The notes beneath the pieces are model-generated. The model was not told where the DNA came from and ran no database searches. It saw nothing but the letters and a program-made list of their open reading frames with translations. 64,000 nucleotides of DNA from assembly GCA_041664925.1 (NCBI GenBank), contig JBAYJV010000001.1:213438-277437 (forward strand). The letters run 5' to 3'. Position numbers and translations under genes: made by a program. Source of the stretch: Minisyncoccota bacterium (GTDB lineage: Bacteria; Patescibacteriota; Minisyncoccia; JBAYJV01). Shown here in pieces: positions 18,708 to 29,105 of the stretch; positions within the stretch are counted from its first letter, which is position 1, and every line of letters begins with the position of its first letter.

Positions 18708-20615
18708 TTATTGCTGAATCATAGACACAATTTCTTTGGGTGGATTTTCTATCGCGATTTTCATAATATCTGCCCACAGAGGAATAGCTAGCTGTAAACT
18801 ATCAACCGTGCTTTTTAAAAGAGAACTATCGTGATTCCCCAACCAGATGCCTACAATTATATCAGAATTATATCCAATTGCCCAAAAATCTCTTGGACCG
18901 TTACTGGTACCAGTTTTAACGCCGGTATTTTTTAAAATCGGATCGGCAGCAAATTTCTTAGTGGAAGAAAAATTATTTAAACTTTTTTTAAGAACGCTAT
19001 CTACTTCGCCAATCGCCTCTTTTGAAAAAATTTGACTTGAAGAAACTTCTGGATTTGCCATCAAAACCTTTCCGTTATTTTGTTTAACTCTGGCAAAATA
19101 ATTCGGCTTGAAACATTTTCCTTCGTTCGCTAGTGCAGTATAAGCCGAGGTAATATCAAGTAAACTTGCCGAAGCTCCGCCGATTGCCATTGAAAGACCC
19201 GCTTCTTTATTAAGATTTAAATGACAACTTGAAAGCGCATCTGTGAATCTTTTGGTGCCAATCTTTTCAAGAGTTGCAACTGCAGGAAGATTTAATGAAT
19301 TCACTAAAGCAGATTCTAGAGTTACTTTTCCTCTGAAATAGCCGCTAAAATTTTTCGGCTTATAGCCATTAAAATCCATAGGCTTGTCTTCAAGAATAGT
19401 TTTTTTTGTCCAGCCAAGATCCTGAATTGCCAAGGAATAAAGAAACGGTTTAAGAGTTGATCCCGGCTGCCTCAATGAAATTGCGCCGTTGTGCTGACCA
19501 TATTCTTCTTGATAAAAATCAGGAGAACCGACCATCGCCAAAACATCACCATTTTTCGCATTAATCACAACCACCGAACCATCATCAATTAAATATGGTT
19601 TCTTATATTTACTAATGGCATTTTTAAGAATTTTCTCTGTTTTTTCTTGAAGATTTAAATCAATAGTCGTTACAATTTCAAGACCTTCATTGATAGATTC
19701 TTCTGAAAAAATATTTTTGACATTATCTAAAACATAAAAGGAAAAATGAGGCGCCAAAACTTCTTTTTTTTCGCTTTGAAAATTTATTGGCTCCTTTTTT
19801 GCTTTATTTAATTCAAATTCATCAATAACACCCCTTTCTTTCATCAAATTTAATAATTCTTCTTTCTTTTTTGAAAGCTCTTCAGGATGATCGTAAGGAA
19901 AGAGACTATTGGGTGATCTAGGAATAGGCGCGATTGTTGCTGATTCAGCTAATGTTAAAAATTGAGCAGATTTTCCAAAAAAAGCGCGACTCGCCGCTTC
20001 AATGCCATAAATATTTGAACCAAAAGGAATTTTGTTTAAATAAAATTCTAGGATTTCCTTTTTAGAATATTTTCTTTCTATCTCACGAGCAAGAATCATT
20101 TCCTTTATTTTTCTTGAATAGCTGACGTCGCGTGTCAAAAAGAAATTAGTCGCAAGCTGTTGAGTGATAGTGCTCGCCCCGCTAATAACCCTCTTGTAAT
20201 AAAAGTTTTGCCAAAGGGCTCTGATGTTCGCCCAGAAATCAACACCAGAATGAGTGAAAAAATATTGATCCTCAGCCACCAAAATTGCCTTAAGAAAATA
20301 CGGTGAAACATTTTCAACTTTTGTGTAAATTCTTTGCTCGTCGCCAACTTCTTCATAAAGCAGTTTTCCTTCCCTGTCGTAGATATGGGTAATCGTTGGG
20401 TAATCCTCCTTAGTGATCTTAACTTCCGGAAGATCCTTGGAATAATATTCATAGACCTTATCTAGTATAGTCATTCCTAAGAAATTAATGCCGACAATGA
20501 GCAAAGTCACAAAACCTAAAAGTATGAAAAATTTGGGAAGCCAAAAAGAAAGACCCTTTGATTGTTTCGGTAAATATTTTCTTTTAAGAAGAATTTTTCG
20601 TTTTTTGCGTTGCAT
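18708..20615 (-). CDS. Class A penicillin-binding protein (transglycosylase/transpeptidase)
   Basis: ED..F..H.G, GASTITQQ, RKIKE, STLK, SLN and KTGT motifs. Confidence 0.95.
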   Translation of the reverse strand: MQRKKRKILLKRKYLPKQSKGLSFWLPKFFILLGFVTLLIVGINFLGMTILDKVYEYYSKDLPEVKITKEDYPTITHIYDREGKLLYEEVGDEQRIYTKVENVSPYFLKAILVAEDQYFFTHSGVDFWANIRALWQNFYYKRVISGASTITQQLATNFFLTRDVSYSRKIKEMILAREIERKYSKKEILEFYLNKIPFGSNIYGIEAASRAFFGKSAQFLTLAESATIAPIPRSPNSLFPYDHPEELSKKKEELLNLMKERGVIDEFELNKAKKEPINFQSEKKEVLAPHFSFYVLDNVKNIFSEESINEGLEIVTTIDLNLQEKTEKILKNAISKYKKPYLIDDGSVVVINAKNGDVLAMVGSPDFYQEEYGQHNGAISLRQPGSTLKPFLYSLAIQDLGWTKKTILEDKPMDFNGYKPKNFSGYFRGKVTLESALVNSLNLPAVATLEKIGTKRFTDALSSCHLNLNKEAGLSMAIGGASASLLDITSAYTALANEGKCFKPNYFARVKQNNGKVLMANPEVSSSQIFSKEAIGEVDSVLKKSLNNFSSTKKFAADPILKNTGVKTGTSNGPRDFWAIGYNSDIIVGIWLGNHDSSLLKSTVDSLQLAIPLWADIMKIAIENPPKEIVSMIQQ

Positions 20616-20744
20616 AGGGCTTGCGATTATGGTTCACTTCGTTTATTATATAATATGTTAGATTTTTCTGCCAAGAAATCGCAAAGCAATTGCGCGGCTT
20701 GAAAAATCTTTATATTAGAGAATCTCTGTTATAATTATAATAAT

Positions 20745-20879
20745 ATGATAAAAGGATCAAGACAACAAACAATAAAGAGAAAAAGAAAGTTTGGTTTTCT
20801 CAAACGAAGTCTCACAAAAGCCGGACGAGAAGTTTTGGCGCGTCGCAGAAGAAAGGGAAGGGCGAAGTTAACTGTTTAA
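20745..20879 (+). CDS. rpmH: 50S ribosomal protein L34 (missed by ORF track)
   Basis: Manual translation [44 protein letters not shown]; precedes rnpA. Confidence 0.93.
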   Translation: MIKGSRQQTIKRKRKFGFLKRSLTKAGREVLARRRRKGRAKLTV

Positions 20880-20902
20880 TTCTCGCTCTGTGGCGACATT
20901 CT

Positions 20903-21250
20903 ATGTTAAAAAAGAAATACCGTCTTTCAAAAAAAGACTTTGAAACTGCTTTGAGAAAAAAAGGGACTTATCTAAAAGTAGATTTTTTGAAGTTCAAAGT
21001 AATTTACAATAATTTGGAAACAAGTCGTTTCGGTGTTTCTTGTGGTGTCAAGATTTCAAAGAAAGCAGTTATGCGTAATCAAATTAAGCGCCGCATTAAC
21101 GAGTCTTTAAGACTCAATTTTTCTTCTATAAGACTTGGTTTTGATGTCCTGGTGATGCCAGATCCAATTGTTATCGAAAAAACTTACCAAGATATAGATA
21201 AAGCAATTTTGGAATTCATAAAAATATTAAATACTGGCAGCTCCAGTTAA
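20903..21250 (+). CDS. rnpA: Ribonuclease P protein component
   Basis: MLKKKYRL, RFGVS, KKAVMRNQIKRR (RNR motif). Confidence 0.95.
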   Translation: MLKKKYRLSKKDFETALRKKGTYLKVDFLKFKVIYNNLETSRFGVSCGVKISKKAVMRNQIKRRINESLRLNFSSIRLGFDVLVMPDPIVIEKTYQDIDKAILEFIKILNTGSSS

Positions 21251-21326
21251 TATTTACCAATTACCAGCTACTGATTACCGATATTACTACTACTTAATAC
21301 TTATTACTTAATACTTAGTTTAATAT

Positions 21327-22157
21327 ATGTCCCTCTATAGCACTTTCATTCTACATCCCATCGCAAACCTAATGGTTTTGATATATAACTATCTTCCTAT
21401 TAAAGATCTAGGTTTAACGATTATTATTTTGACTATTATTATTCGACTTTTATTGTTGCCCTTATCCTATAAAGCCGCAAGAACACAAAGAGAAATCACT
21501 AAAATCCAACCAAGGCTTAAAGAAATCCAAAAGCAATACAAGGATAATCGCGAAGAACAGGCAAAGCTTTTGATGGCTCTCTATAAAGAGCACAAAATTA
21601 ACCCTCTGTCTGGTATTATTCCAATCTTAATTCAATTACCAATTCTGTTTGCCCTTTATCGTAGTTTTATGATGTTGATCAAGGGAACAGCGGCTATAGG
21701 TTCTAGTTTAGGCGCTTTAGTCGCCACCACGACAACTTCAACAATTGCTGTAATTTCTACCACAACACCTGCTATTGCTTCATTACTATATAGTTTTGTT
21801 GTCGATCCTGGCACAATTAATCCGACATTTTTGGGCTTAGTTGATTTATCTCAAAGAAATATACCGCTAGCAATAATTACGGGTCTTTTGCAGTTTGCCC
21901 TTTCCAAAATGATTGCCGGAGGAGCCCAGAAAACAAAAAGTGGTGATAAAAAATCTCCCAGTATTGGCAACATGATGGGAACCCAAATGACCTATATTTT
22001 GCCGGCCATGACTGTTTTGTTTGCTCTTCAATTACCTGCCGGCCTTCCCCTTTATTGGGCAACTACAACCCTTTTTAGTCTTGGTGAGCAGTTCTGGATA
22101 AAAAGAAAACATCCTGATCAATTAATAAAAAACGACCAAGAAATAAAAGCTTTATAA
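21327..22157 (+). CDS. yidC: Membrane protein insertase YidC (short form)
   Basis: IIILTIIIRLLLLPL, IQP.LKEIQ, LYKE..INP, IQLP and GLPLYW motifs. Confidence 0.95.
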   Translation: MSLYSTFILHPIANLMVLIYNYLPIKDLGLTIIILTIIIRLLLLPLSYKAARTQREITKIQPRLKEIQKQYKDNREEQAKLLMALYKEHKINPLSGIIPILIQLPILFALYRSFMMLIKGTAAIGSSLGALVATTTTSTIAVISTTTPAIASLLYSFVVDPGTINPTFLGLVDLSQRNIPLAIITGLLQFALSKMIAGGAQKTKSGDKKSPSIGNMMGTQMTYILPAMTVLFALQLPAGLPLYWATTTLFSLGEQFWIKRKHPDQLIKNDQEIKAL

Positions 22158-22167
22158 ATTTAGTGTT

Positions 22168-23586
22168 ATGAGCGTTTTTCGTAAAATTACCCTAAATACT
22201 TTAATTGCCTCTGGAGCGAAAATAATTGATACTGTTTTCGCTCTGTTTTTAATTGCGCTTTTAACTCGTTATTTGGGCACAGAAGGATATGGTAAGTACA
22301 CGACAATCATTGCTTATGTCAACATTTTTATCACTTTTGCGAATCTGGGACTTTACAACATTCTTCTTAGAGATATTGGCAAACCGGGAGCTGACGAAAG
22401 CGAGCTTTCAAGTATTGCTTTTACTCTAAGATTTGTCGCTGGACTAATTATTGTTCCCGTATCGATTTTGATTGCTTTTCTTTTGCCATACCCGCCCATC
22501 TTAAAAATCGGCATCACTATCGCAGGCTTATCAACACTTTTTCTTTCTCTCTATCAGGTTCTTGTGCCTATTTTTCAAAAACATTTCAAAATTATTTATG
22601 TATCGATGGCGGAACTCGCCAATCGAATTATTTATTTAGGCCTTGCCTTTGTCCTTTTTACAAAATTTAATAGTGGTCTTATTCCTATTGTTTGGGCAAT
22701 GGTCATTGCAAGTTTTGTAAATTTCATTTTGGTTTTTTGTTTCGCTCAGCGCTTTACTAAAGTTAAAATTAGTTTTGATTGGAAAAAGTGGAAGCTTCTT
22801 TTAAAAGAAGCTCTTCCTATTGGAGCATCAATTATTTTCACTCTCATTTATTTCAGAATTGACACTGTTATGCTTTCGATCATGAAACCAGCAGGAGATG
22901 TGGGCATCTATGGTCTTGCTTATAAAATTCTAGAAAACCTCATATTTTTCCCTGCAATGTTTGTTGGTTTTGTTGTACCAGTTTTATCTCGTTATTATGT
23001 CGAAGATCTTCAAAAATTTAAAGAAACCTTCCAAAAAGTTTTCAATATTTTCATTTTAGGAATTGTACCTCTCGTGATTGGCTTAATTTTTACGGCCTCC
23101 CCGATTGTAAGGCTTTTAGGAGGAGAACCTTTTATGGCTGCCTCACCAGTTCTTCAAATTCTCTCAGTCGCGGTCGGTTTCATTTTCCTAGGAAGCCTTT
23201 ATGGACAAGGAGTGATTATTATAAAAAAACAATTCGTCGGTATGTGGATTTATATGGCTGGCGCTATTTTTAACATTCTTATTAATCTTTATTTTATTCC
23301 TCGTTTTTCTTATACAGGCGCCGCTATCACCACCGCCCTGACTGAATTGTTTATTACAATTTCTTTAATTTGGATAGTGAGTCGAAAAACCCATTTCTTT
23401 CCATCGCTTAAAATTTTCTCTAAAGCTTTCTTGGCAATTCTTCCTGTAATTATTTTTCTTTACCTGTTTGGAAATTTGCATATTATTTTATTAGTCGCTA
23501 TAAGCGCTATTATTTATTCCGCCGTTGTGCTTTTATTGGGAGGGATCTCTAAAAAAGATATTAAACTTTTCTTGCATCACGCTTAA
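22168..23586 (+). CDS. Polysaccharide flippase (Wzx family)
   Basis: TRYLG..YG.Y and ID..ML....GDVG.Y motifs; many TM helices. Confidence 0.9.
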   Translation: MSVFRKITLNTLIASGAKIIDTVFALFLIALLTRYLGTEGYGKYTTIIAYVNIFITFANLGLYNILLRDIGKPGADESELSSIAFTLRFVAGLIIVPVSILIAFLLPYPPILKIGITIAGLSTLFLSLYQVLVPIFQKHFKIIYVSMAELANRIIYLGLAFVLFTKFNSGLIPIVWAMVIASFVNFILVFCFAQRFTKVKISFDWKKWKLLLKEALPIGASIIFTLIYFRIDTVMLSIMKPAGDVGIYGLAYKILENLIFFPAMFVGFVVPVLSRYYVEDLQKFKETFQKVFNIFILGIVPLVIGLIFTASPIVRLLGGEPFMAASPVLQILSVAVGFIFLGSLYGQGVIIIKKQFVGMWIYMAGAIFNILINLYFIPRFSYTGAAITTALTELFITISLIWIVSRKTHFFPSLKIFSKAFLAILPVIIFLYLFGNLHIILLVAISAIIYSAVVLLLGGISKKDIKLFLHHA

Positions 23587-23587
23587 T

Positions 23588-24922
23588 ATGAAAAAGGTCC
23601 TTCTTTTCTTTTTTTTCTTTCTGCCATTTCAATTCGCCTTGAACCCTGCGCCCGGAATTGATTTAAGTATAGCAAGACTTTTTATTGTTCTTGCTTTTTT
23701 TGTTTGGCTCATCAAAGGATTAATTAAAAACGGAGTCAAGATTTCTCATAATTATATAACCTGGGGACTTTTAATTTTCTTGTCCTTTGGATTGTTGTCT
23801 TTCATTAAAGCCGAGGAAACGGGCTGGGCGATAAGAAAGTTCTTGGTCTTTCTTTCGATTTTTCCTCTTTATTTTTTGGTTTCATCTGTCTTTCAAAAAA
23901 AAGATTTTTCAAAACTCAGTCTTTCTTTAATAATTTCAAGTACTATTGTTGGTTTTTTGGGAATCCTCCAATTTTTAAGTCAATTTATTCTTGGTCCAGA
24001 TGCCGTTTTCAATTTTTGGTCAAAATATCTAGCAAGATTTTTCTTGGGAGAATCTTTCGGTCAAGCGGTTGTTGCTAATCCTAGCTGGTGGGTAAATATT
24101 GGGGGACACACTTTGCTTCGCGCTACTTCAGTTTTTCCTGATCCTCACATGCTTTCTTTTTTTCTAGGCATGATTCTTCCCTTATTTATTCCGTTGATAA
24201 TAAAGAAGCGCCAGTCCTTAAAATTACCTTGGCTTTATGGGTTTATGGCTAGTATAGTTTTTGTCGCTTTGATTTTGACATTTTCTCGTGGCGGTTACAT
24301 TGGACTTTTGGTTTCAGGATTATGGCTCCTGTTTTATTTATTCTCTAATCGCTTAAATGAATTTGGTAAAAAGCAAAAAATAGGATTAGTTTTTATTGCC
24401 TGTATTTTATTATTAATAATCTTTTTTGTTCCTTCGGTAAAAGAACGACTTTTTTCAAGCCTGAATTTTGAGGAAGGATCAGTGGCTGGAAGACTAGAAA
24501 TTTGGCATCAAGCTTTTTCGGTTTGGCTTAAAAATTTTTGGCTAGGGGTAGGCATAGGCAATTATTCATATTATCTAAATCCACTTTACGAATACCGCCT
24601 GCCCGTTTACGCCCATAATACTTATTTGGATATTGCTGTTGAAATGGGAATTTTTGGGTTAATCGCTTGGCTTTCAGTTTTTGTCTATACATTTTATAAA
24701 TTAATAAAACTCCAATGGTTGAAAGTTGAAAATTTTCAGCCCAAAGCTGGTCGTCCTTGGGACGAAAGGTTTAAGGTACAGAGCGCCGCTCTGATTGCTT
24801 CTTTAATGTATTTTTCAGCGCATGCCCTTTTCGACACTCCTATTTATTCTCCTCAAATTCTCCCTCTTTTAATAATAATCTTGGGGCTAACAAGTATTAT
24901 GATTACAAAAGAAAAAACATGA
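23588..24922 (+). CDS. O-antigen ligase/polymerase-family membrane protein
   Basis: LTFSRGG, R..IW, GVGIGNY and AHNTYL motifs; start MKKVLL. Confidence 0.88.
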   Translation: MKKVLLFFFFFLPFQFALNPAPGIDLSIARLFIVLAFFVWLIKGLIKNGVKISHNYITWGLLIFLSFGLLSFIKAEETGWAIRKFLVFLSIFPLYFLVSSVFQKKDFSKLSLSLIISSTIVGFLGILQFLSQFILGPDAVFNFWSKYLARFFLGESFGQAVVANPSWWVNIGGHTLLRATSVFPDPHMLSFFLGMILPLFIPLIIKKRQSLKLPWLYGFMASIVFVALILTFSRGGYIGLLVSGLWLLFYLFSNRLNEFGKKQKIGLVFIACILLLIIFFVPSVKERLFSSLNFEEGSVAGRLEIWHQAFSVWLKNFWLGVGIGNYSYYLNPLYEYRLPVYAHNTYLDIAVEMGIFGLIAWLSVFVYTFYKLIKLQWLKVENFQPKAGRPWDERFKVQSAALIASLMYFSAHALFDTPIYSPQILPLLIIILGLTSIMITKEKT

Positions 24923-24927
24923 TTCAT

Positions 24928-25040
24928 GTGTCATTCCGTACTTGATACGGAATCCAGAAACTTTGTCATTCTAAAACCCCGCACCAATATATGGTGCGGG
25001 GTTATTGATTCTGTATTTCTTCACTTCGCTCAGAAACACA
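24928..25040. repeat. Cluster of REP-like palindromes
   Basis: TGTCATTCCGTACTTGATACGGAATC; AACCCCGCACCAATATATGGTGCGGGGTT (relative at 54407-54433); CTTCGCTCAGAA. Confidence 0.6.
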
Positions 25041-25090
25041 ATCAATAAAAAGACCAGCCCTAGGCTGGTCTTGCTTCTTATATACTGATA

Positions 25091-25879
25091 CTAAACGTGT
25101 TCGCCTCCTCCCCTTAATCCAACGCGTCTCCGTCTTTTTTCATCAGCTTTTCTTTTTTCTTTCTTTTCTTCTTGTAGCGTCCAAAGGAAAAGATAAGTTG
25201 CGATTCTTACTTGTTTTAATGCTTGACTGAAAAGAAAATGATCTTGTTCTTGTTCTAATCTTCTTTCAAAAACTGCCTTAACTTCTGTAAGGAAGTTTTG
25301 ATTTTCGCTAGTGTTTACATGATCATAAAGCATCATTATGGCATCTTCCTGAGAAGGATTATCCAATAAATCAATCCCGTATCCATTTTTGATAAAAACA
25401 TCAATTACTATTCGCCTAATGGTCAAATTTCTTGTTGTCTCAAATAAATCTATTAAAAATTTCTTTACAATGCCTCTATTAGGGTTAACAAGTCCCGTGT
25501 GGTTTCTTAAACATTTCAACAATTCTGTAATGGCCTCTGTCTGTAGTTCAGACCATCTTTCTGGATAAAACATATCTCCAAAATTACATCCCATCAAGTC
25601 TTCCAAGAGATGATGAGTTAGACAAACAAGCGTCTGTTTATTACCAGCATTTGCGTAGGCAACATAAATTCTTATCCTTTGCCATCTTTCATTTATCGTT
25701 AAGTCTCTAACCTGCGCCATTTTAAAGAACAATCCATCGGCTGTTTCCTGGCAATCTGTTTTCTTTATTTCCTCTGAAAACACATCTAAGGAACTCTCTC
25801 CTGGATGCCGAACACCCCAGTCAAAACCTTTTCTGAATGTTTTGACCGCTACCGGCTCGATCGCCTTACCTGTTTGCAT
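25091..25879 (-). CDS. Hypothetical protein (cassette)
   Basis: TTGACA, 17 nt, TAGGAT; AAGGAG before MQTGK; terminator at about 25045-25072. Confidence 0.72.
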   Translation of the reverse strand: MQTGKAIEPVAVKTFRKGFDWGVRHPGESSLDVFSEEIKKTDCQETADGLFFKMAQVRDLTINERWQRIRIYVAYANAGNKQTLVCLTHHLLEDLMGCNFGDMFYPERWSELQTEAITELLKCLRNHTGLVNPNRGIVKKFLIDLFETTRNLTIRRIVIDVFIKNGYGIDLLDNPSQEDAIMMLYDHVNTSENQNFLTEVKAVFERRLEQEQDHFLFSQALKQVRIATYLFLWTLQEEKKEKRKADEKRRRRVGLRGGGEHV

Positions 25880-26018
25880 TGCTTTCTCCTTTTCCTCGCC
25901 CGCCATTCTCGGCAGACATCTATATCCTATGTTATTTAACAAAAATTGTCAAGTATTATATAGTGAAAACAAAATGTACGAGGTTGAATCTCGTACATTT
26001 TTATGGTTATAAAAATTA

Positions 26019-27032
26019 TTATTCGGTCTCTGATTTTTTTAACGCCATAAGAAAGGCGAAAGAATCTCTTTTTTCCTGTCCTTCGAGGCGCTCCGAAGGA
26101 AACAGTTTGTTCCCTTTTTCGCTCATTGTTGAATATCCAGAAACCTGAATATGTTCTTCTAGCACGCCCGCTTTAAGTAAAGAAGTTTTAATCGCAAGAC
26201 CGGTATCAAGGAAATAAAATCCGGGTTTTTCCGGTCGAGCCTTAAAGAATGTTGCGACTTCTTCTGGGGTATAAATCGGATTTTCTTCTTCGTCTTTTGC
26301 GCCAATAAATTCATTATAAACCTTTTGGTCTACTTCAAAATCTTCTCCGCCAGCGCGAGGACCAATTACTACCAAAAGATCTTCTGGTTTTGATCCATAA
26401 TGTTTGCACATAGCCTCAACACCTTTGCGAGAAATCTGCTTTAGTGTTCCTTTCCAGCCAGAATGAAAAGCTCCAATCGCTTCATTTGTTGGATCATAAA
26501 TTCCAACCGGCGCGCAGTCAGCCGCTACAACCATAAGAGGAATCTCTCTAAGATTAGTAATCATACCGTCAGCTAAAACTCTGGCGCGCTCTTTTTTATC
26601 TTTGGCCAAACATTCTTCATCAATAACGGCGATATTATTTCCATGTTCAAGCGCAGTTTTTTGAATATTATGAGGGTCAACTCCCGGAGCAATTCTTCGC
26701 AAGGCATTGATGATAATTCGACCAGCGCTAATTTTATCTTTCCTTTTTTTAGGATCTTCTTTGTCAAATCTTTCATCAAATCGATCTTGGGGTGCCGTAA
26801 TTCTAATCCTTTCATTTTCCCGATCAAGAATTCTTTTTAATTCTTTTGTTGTCGCGCCTACCCCTAAGCGATCTTTAAACTTTTCAAAAATCGAAGCTTT
26901 CCAAACCCCATCCCTAATGACCTCTCTATCATTTTCAATTTCTTCTTTGATTTCTTCATTGATTTCAATTGTCGAATCTTCTTGTATTGGATCTTCTTCC
27001 ATTCTAATTTCTGGTTGTTGTTCAAATGACAT
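26019..27032 (-). CDS. PgeF/YfiH-family protein with N-terminal extension
   Basis: H.N, ADG, ADCAPV, HSGWKG, IGP and F.S.R motifs. Confidence 0.88.
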   Translation of the reverse strand: MSFEQQPEIRMEEDPIQEDSTIEINEEIKEEIENDREVIRDGVWKASIFEKFKDRLGVGATTKELKRILDRENERIRITAPQDRFDERFDKEDPKKRKDKISAGRIIINALRRIAPGVDPHNIQKTALEHGNNIAVIDEECLAKDKKERARVLADGMITNLREIPLMVVAADCAPVGIYDPTNEAIGAFHSGWKGTLKQISRKGVEAMCKHYGSKPEDLLVVIGPRAGGEDFEVDQKVYNEFIGAKDEEENPIYTPEEVATFFKARPEKPGFYFLDTGLAIKTSLLKAGVLEEHIQVSGYSTMSEKGNKLFPSERLEGQEKRDSFAFLMALKKSETE

Positions 27033-27051
27033 AGTGAGTTAGTTAGTTTCG

Positions 27052-27912
27052 CTATAAAGACAAAACAGATTGTTTTGTATATTTTAAATTAAGATTTTTA
27101 TGAATATTTTTTATAAAAATTTTTCCTGTTTTTTTATTATCTTTTTTCTGTGTCCCATTTTTAATGTGATATTCGATTCCGCTATCTTCACAAAATCTAG
27201 TAACTGTTTCAGCGCAATCATGATAAAAGTCCCCCTTATAACTGAATTGTGTCGATTCTACGTTGTAATTCAATTTTCCAAAAATAATTTTATTCACAAA
27301 AGAAACTTTTTTTAGAATTTTTAGTAAATCTTGCTTTACCAAATTTTCAGTTGGATATGGCTCCATACTAATCCAGGTTTTCAAGCCTTTGTTGTGTAAA
27401 AATTTTAATGATTCAATTCTTTTTCCATAAGGAGCTGTGTACGGTTCAAATCTTGTTTTAAATTTTTTATCTAAAGAAACTAAAGTAATCCCATATTCAT
27501 TATTTTTGCCATATTTTTTAGTATTAGTTAGGTCTTTCGGGTAAATTCCTTTTGTTAAAACCGTACAACGAATATTGTCTTTATTTAATCTTTCTATAAT
27601 TCTTAGAGTTAGATCCGTTACTTCTGGGTATTTATACATAAAAGGATCTGTAGAAAAACAGAGATGAACAAATTTAATCTTATTTTTATATTTAGGAATT
27701 TCTTTATCCAGTAGCTCTAAGGCGTTAATTACTATTTTGGGTTGTAACCATTCTTCGTAACTTTTTATTATTCCGCATCTTTTTTTCATCATCATTGCAT
27801 AGCAAGGAAATTTACACCCGTGAGCGCATCCCTCTACATGATTTATACAAAAATCAGCATATTCAACACCGCTTCTATATAATAAAGTTTTTCTTTTTAT
27901 TTGAGAAATCAT
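27052..27912 (-). CDS. Radical-SAM-like three-Cys protein (SPL/DUF5131-related)
   Basis: GCAHGCKFPCYA (CX3CX3C), STDPF, LTK and SMEP motifs. Confidence 0.8.
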   Translation of the reverse strand: MISQIKRKTLLYRSGVEYADFCINHVEGCAHGCKFPCYAMMMKKRCGIIKSYEEWLQPKIVINALELLDKEIPKYKNKIKFVHLCFSTDPFMYKYPEVTDLTLRIIERLNKDNIRCTVLTKGIYPKDLTNTKKYGKNNEYGITLVSLDKKFKTRFEPYTAPYGKRIESLKFLHNKGLKTWISMEPYPTENLVKQDLLKILKKVSFVNKIIFGKLNYNVESTQFSYKGDFYHDCAETVTRFCEDSGIEYHIKNGTQKKDNKKTGKIFIKNIHKNLNLKYTKQSVLSL

Positions 27913-27936
27913 ATTCTTACTTTTATTATAACATTT

Positions 27937-28986
27937 TTAGATTAAGCTGAATAATTCTTTTTCATTAAACGATCTTGCACCTTTTCTTTTGTTATTCCTA
28001 ATTAATTTTCCTTCTTTTTCTAATGAAACAAGAACCTCCTTAAAGTCTTGTTTCCTATAACAGTGTTTTCCTGTTAATAATCTATCTAATATCTTATCCA
28101 ATGAAATATTAACTGTTCCATTAAATACTTTATACACTTCTATTTTTAAATCTTGCAAAAAAAACAAAGTATTTCTTGTTGGTTCTTTTTTAACAAACTC
28201 ATCTTTCATTTTTTCCAATCCTCTAAGATTTTTCGTAGCATATATTAAATAGTAAATGTGATTGCCTATTGAATTTTTAATGTTTTTAACAGCATAGTAT
28301 TTAAAACCAATTGAAATCAGATTTGTAAGATATATGTCTAGATATTTTTCTCTTGCAACTCTTGGAGAAATCCTATTCTTTTTTCTTTCTCGATATACAT
28401 TCTTCCAATCCTTGCAACCAAAAATTAAATCAATTTTATTTTCCATTTCCATATTGATTTCTTTCTTCTCTTCTAGTGGCATATAACGACTAATTGCCAT
28501 ACCGAAAGGAAAATTAATTAAAGCCTCTGCTTTGCTTCTCTCTCCGATCTTTCTAATTGTATCCCAATATAAATCTCCTGCTTGAGGATCTAGTAAAGCC
28601 ATAAAAGGTGTATTTTCATTAAATTGCTTTAAGATTGAATCAATTTCTTTATTGCAATCACCATTTTTTATTACAACGTTCCTTTTGGAAAAATCTCCGC
28701 TTACAATATTTTTTAAACAATCACATTTGTTTTGATCTAGTTCAATAAAAAAATATTTAGTAAATGGAGGTTCTATGCTTAATGATATTAACGTTGATCC
28801 TTTCTTGGTTTCTTTTGTCTTTTTGGTTTTACAAAGCCCAGAGCCAGCAAATGCATCAATAAAACAATATTCTTTAAAGCCTGCAAAATTTAAAATATTT
28901 GAATAAGCACCCAAATATTTTCTAATATATTCTAATTTTAACTCTGTCCATTTTCCTATATCGTTACCGAAAACCTTTTTTGCCAT
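27937..28986 (-). CDS. Three-Cys-motif partner protein (TcmP-like, methyltransferase fold, C-terminal wHTH-like region)
   Basis: WTELKLEY..KYL..Y, IDAFAGSG, GS, FIELD, GDCN and LDP motifs; adjacent to the three-Cys gene. Confidence 0.82.
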   Translation of the reverse strand: MAKKVFGNDIGKWTELKLEYIRKYLGAYSNILNFAGFKEYCFIDAFAGSGLCKTKKTKETKKGSTLISLSIEPPFTKYFFIELDQNKCDCLKNIVSGDFSKRNVVIKNGDCNKEIDSILKQFNENTPFMALLDPQAGDLYWDTIRKIGERSKAEALINFPFGMAISRYMPLEEKKEINMEMENKIDLIFGCKDWKNVYRERKKNRISPRVAREKYLDIYLTNLISIGFKYYAVKNIKNSIGNHIYYLIYATKNLRGLEKMKDEFVKKEPTRNTLFFLQDLKIEVYKVFNGTVNISLDKILDRLLTGKHCYRKQDFKEVLVSLEKEGKLIRNNKRKGARSFNEKELFSLI

Positions 28987-29105
28987 ATTTTTATAAATTA
29001 TTATATTTTTTCTTAAATCCATTTTAACGAACAATAAATAATTATGCAAAAAAATACCTGTATTAACAGGTATTAAAAACTTCTATTGAACGGCCAAATA
29101 AATCT

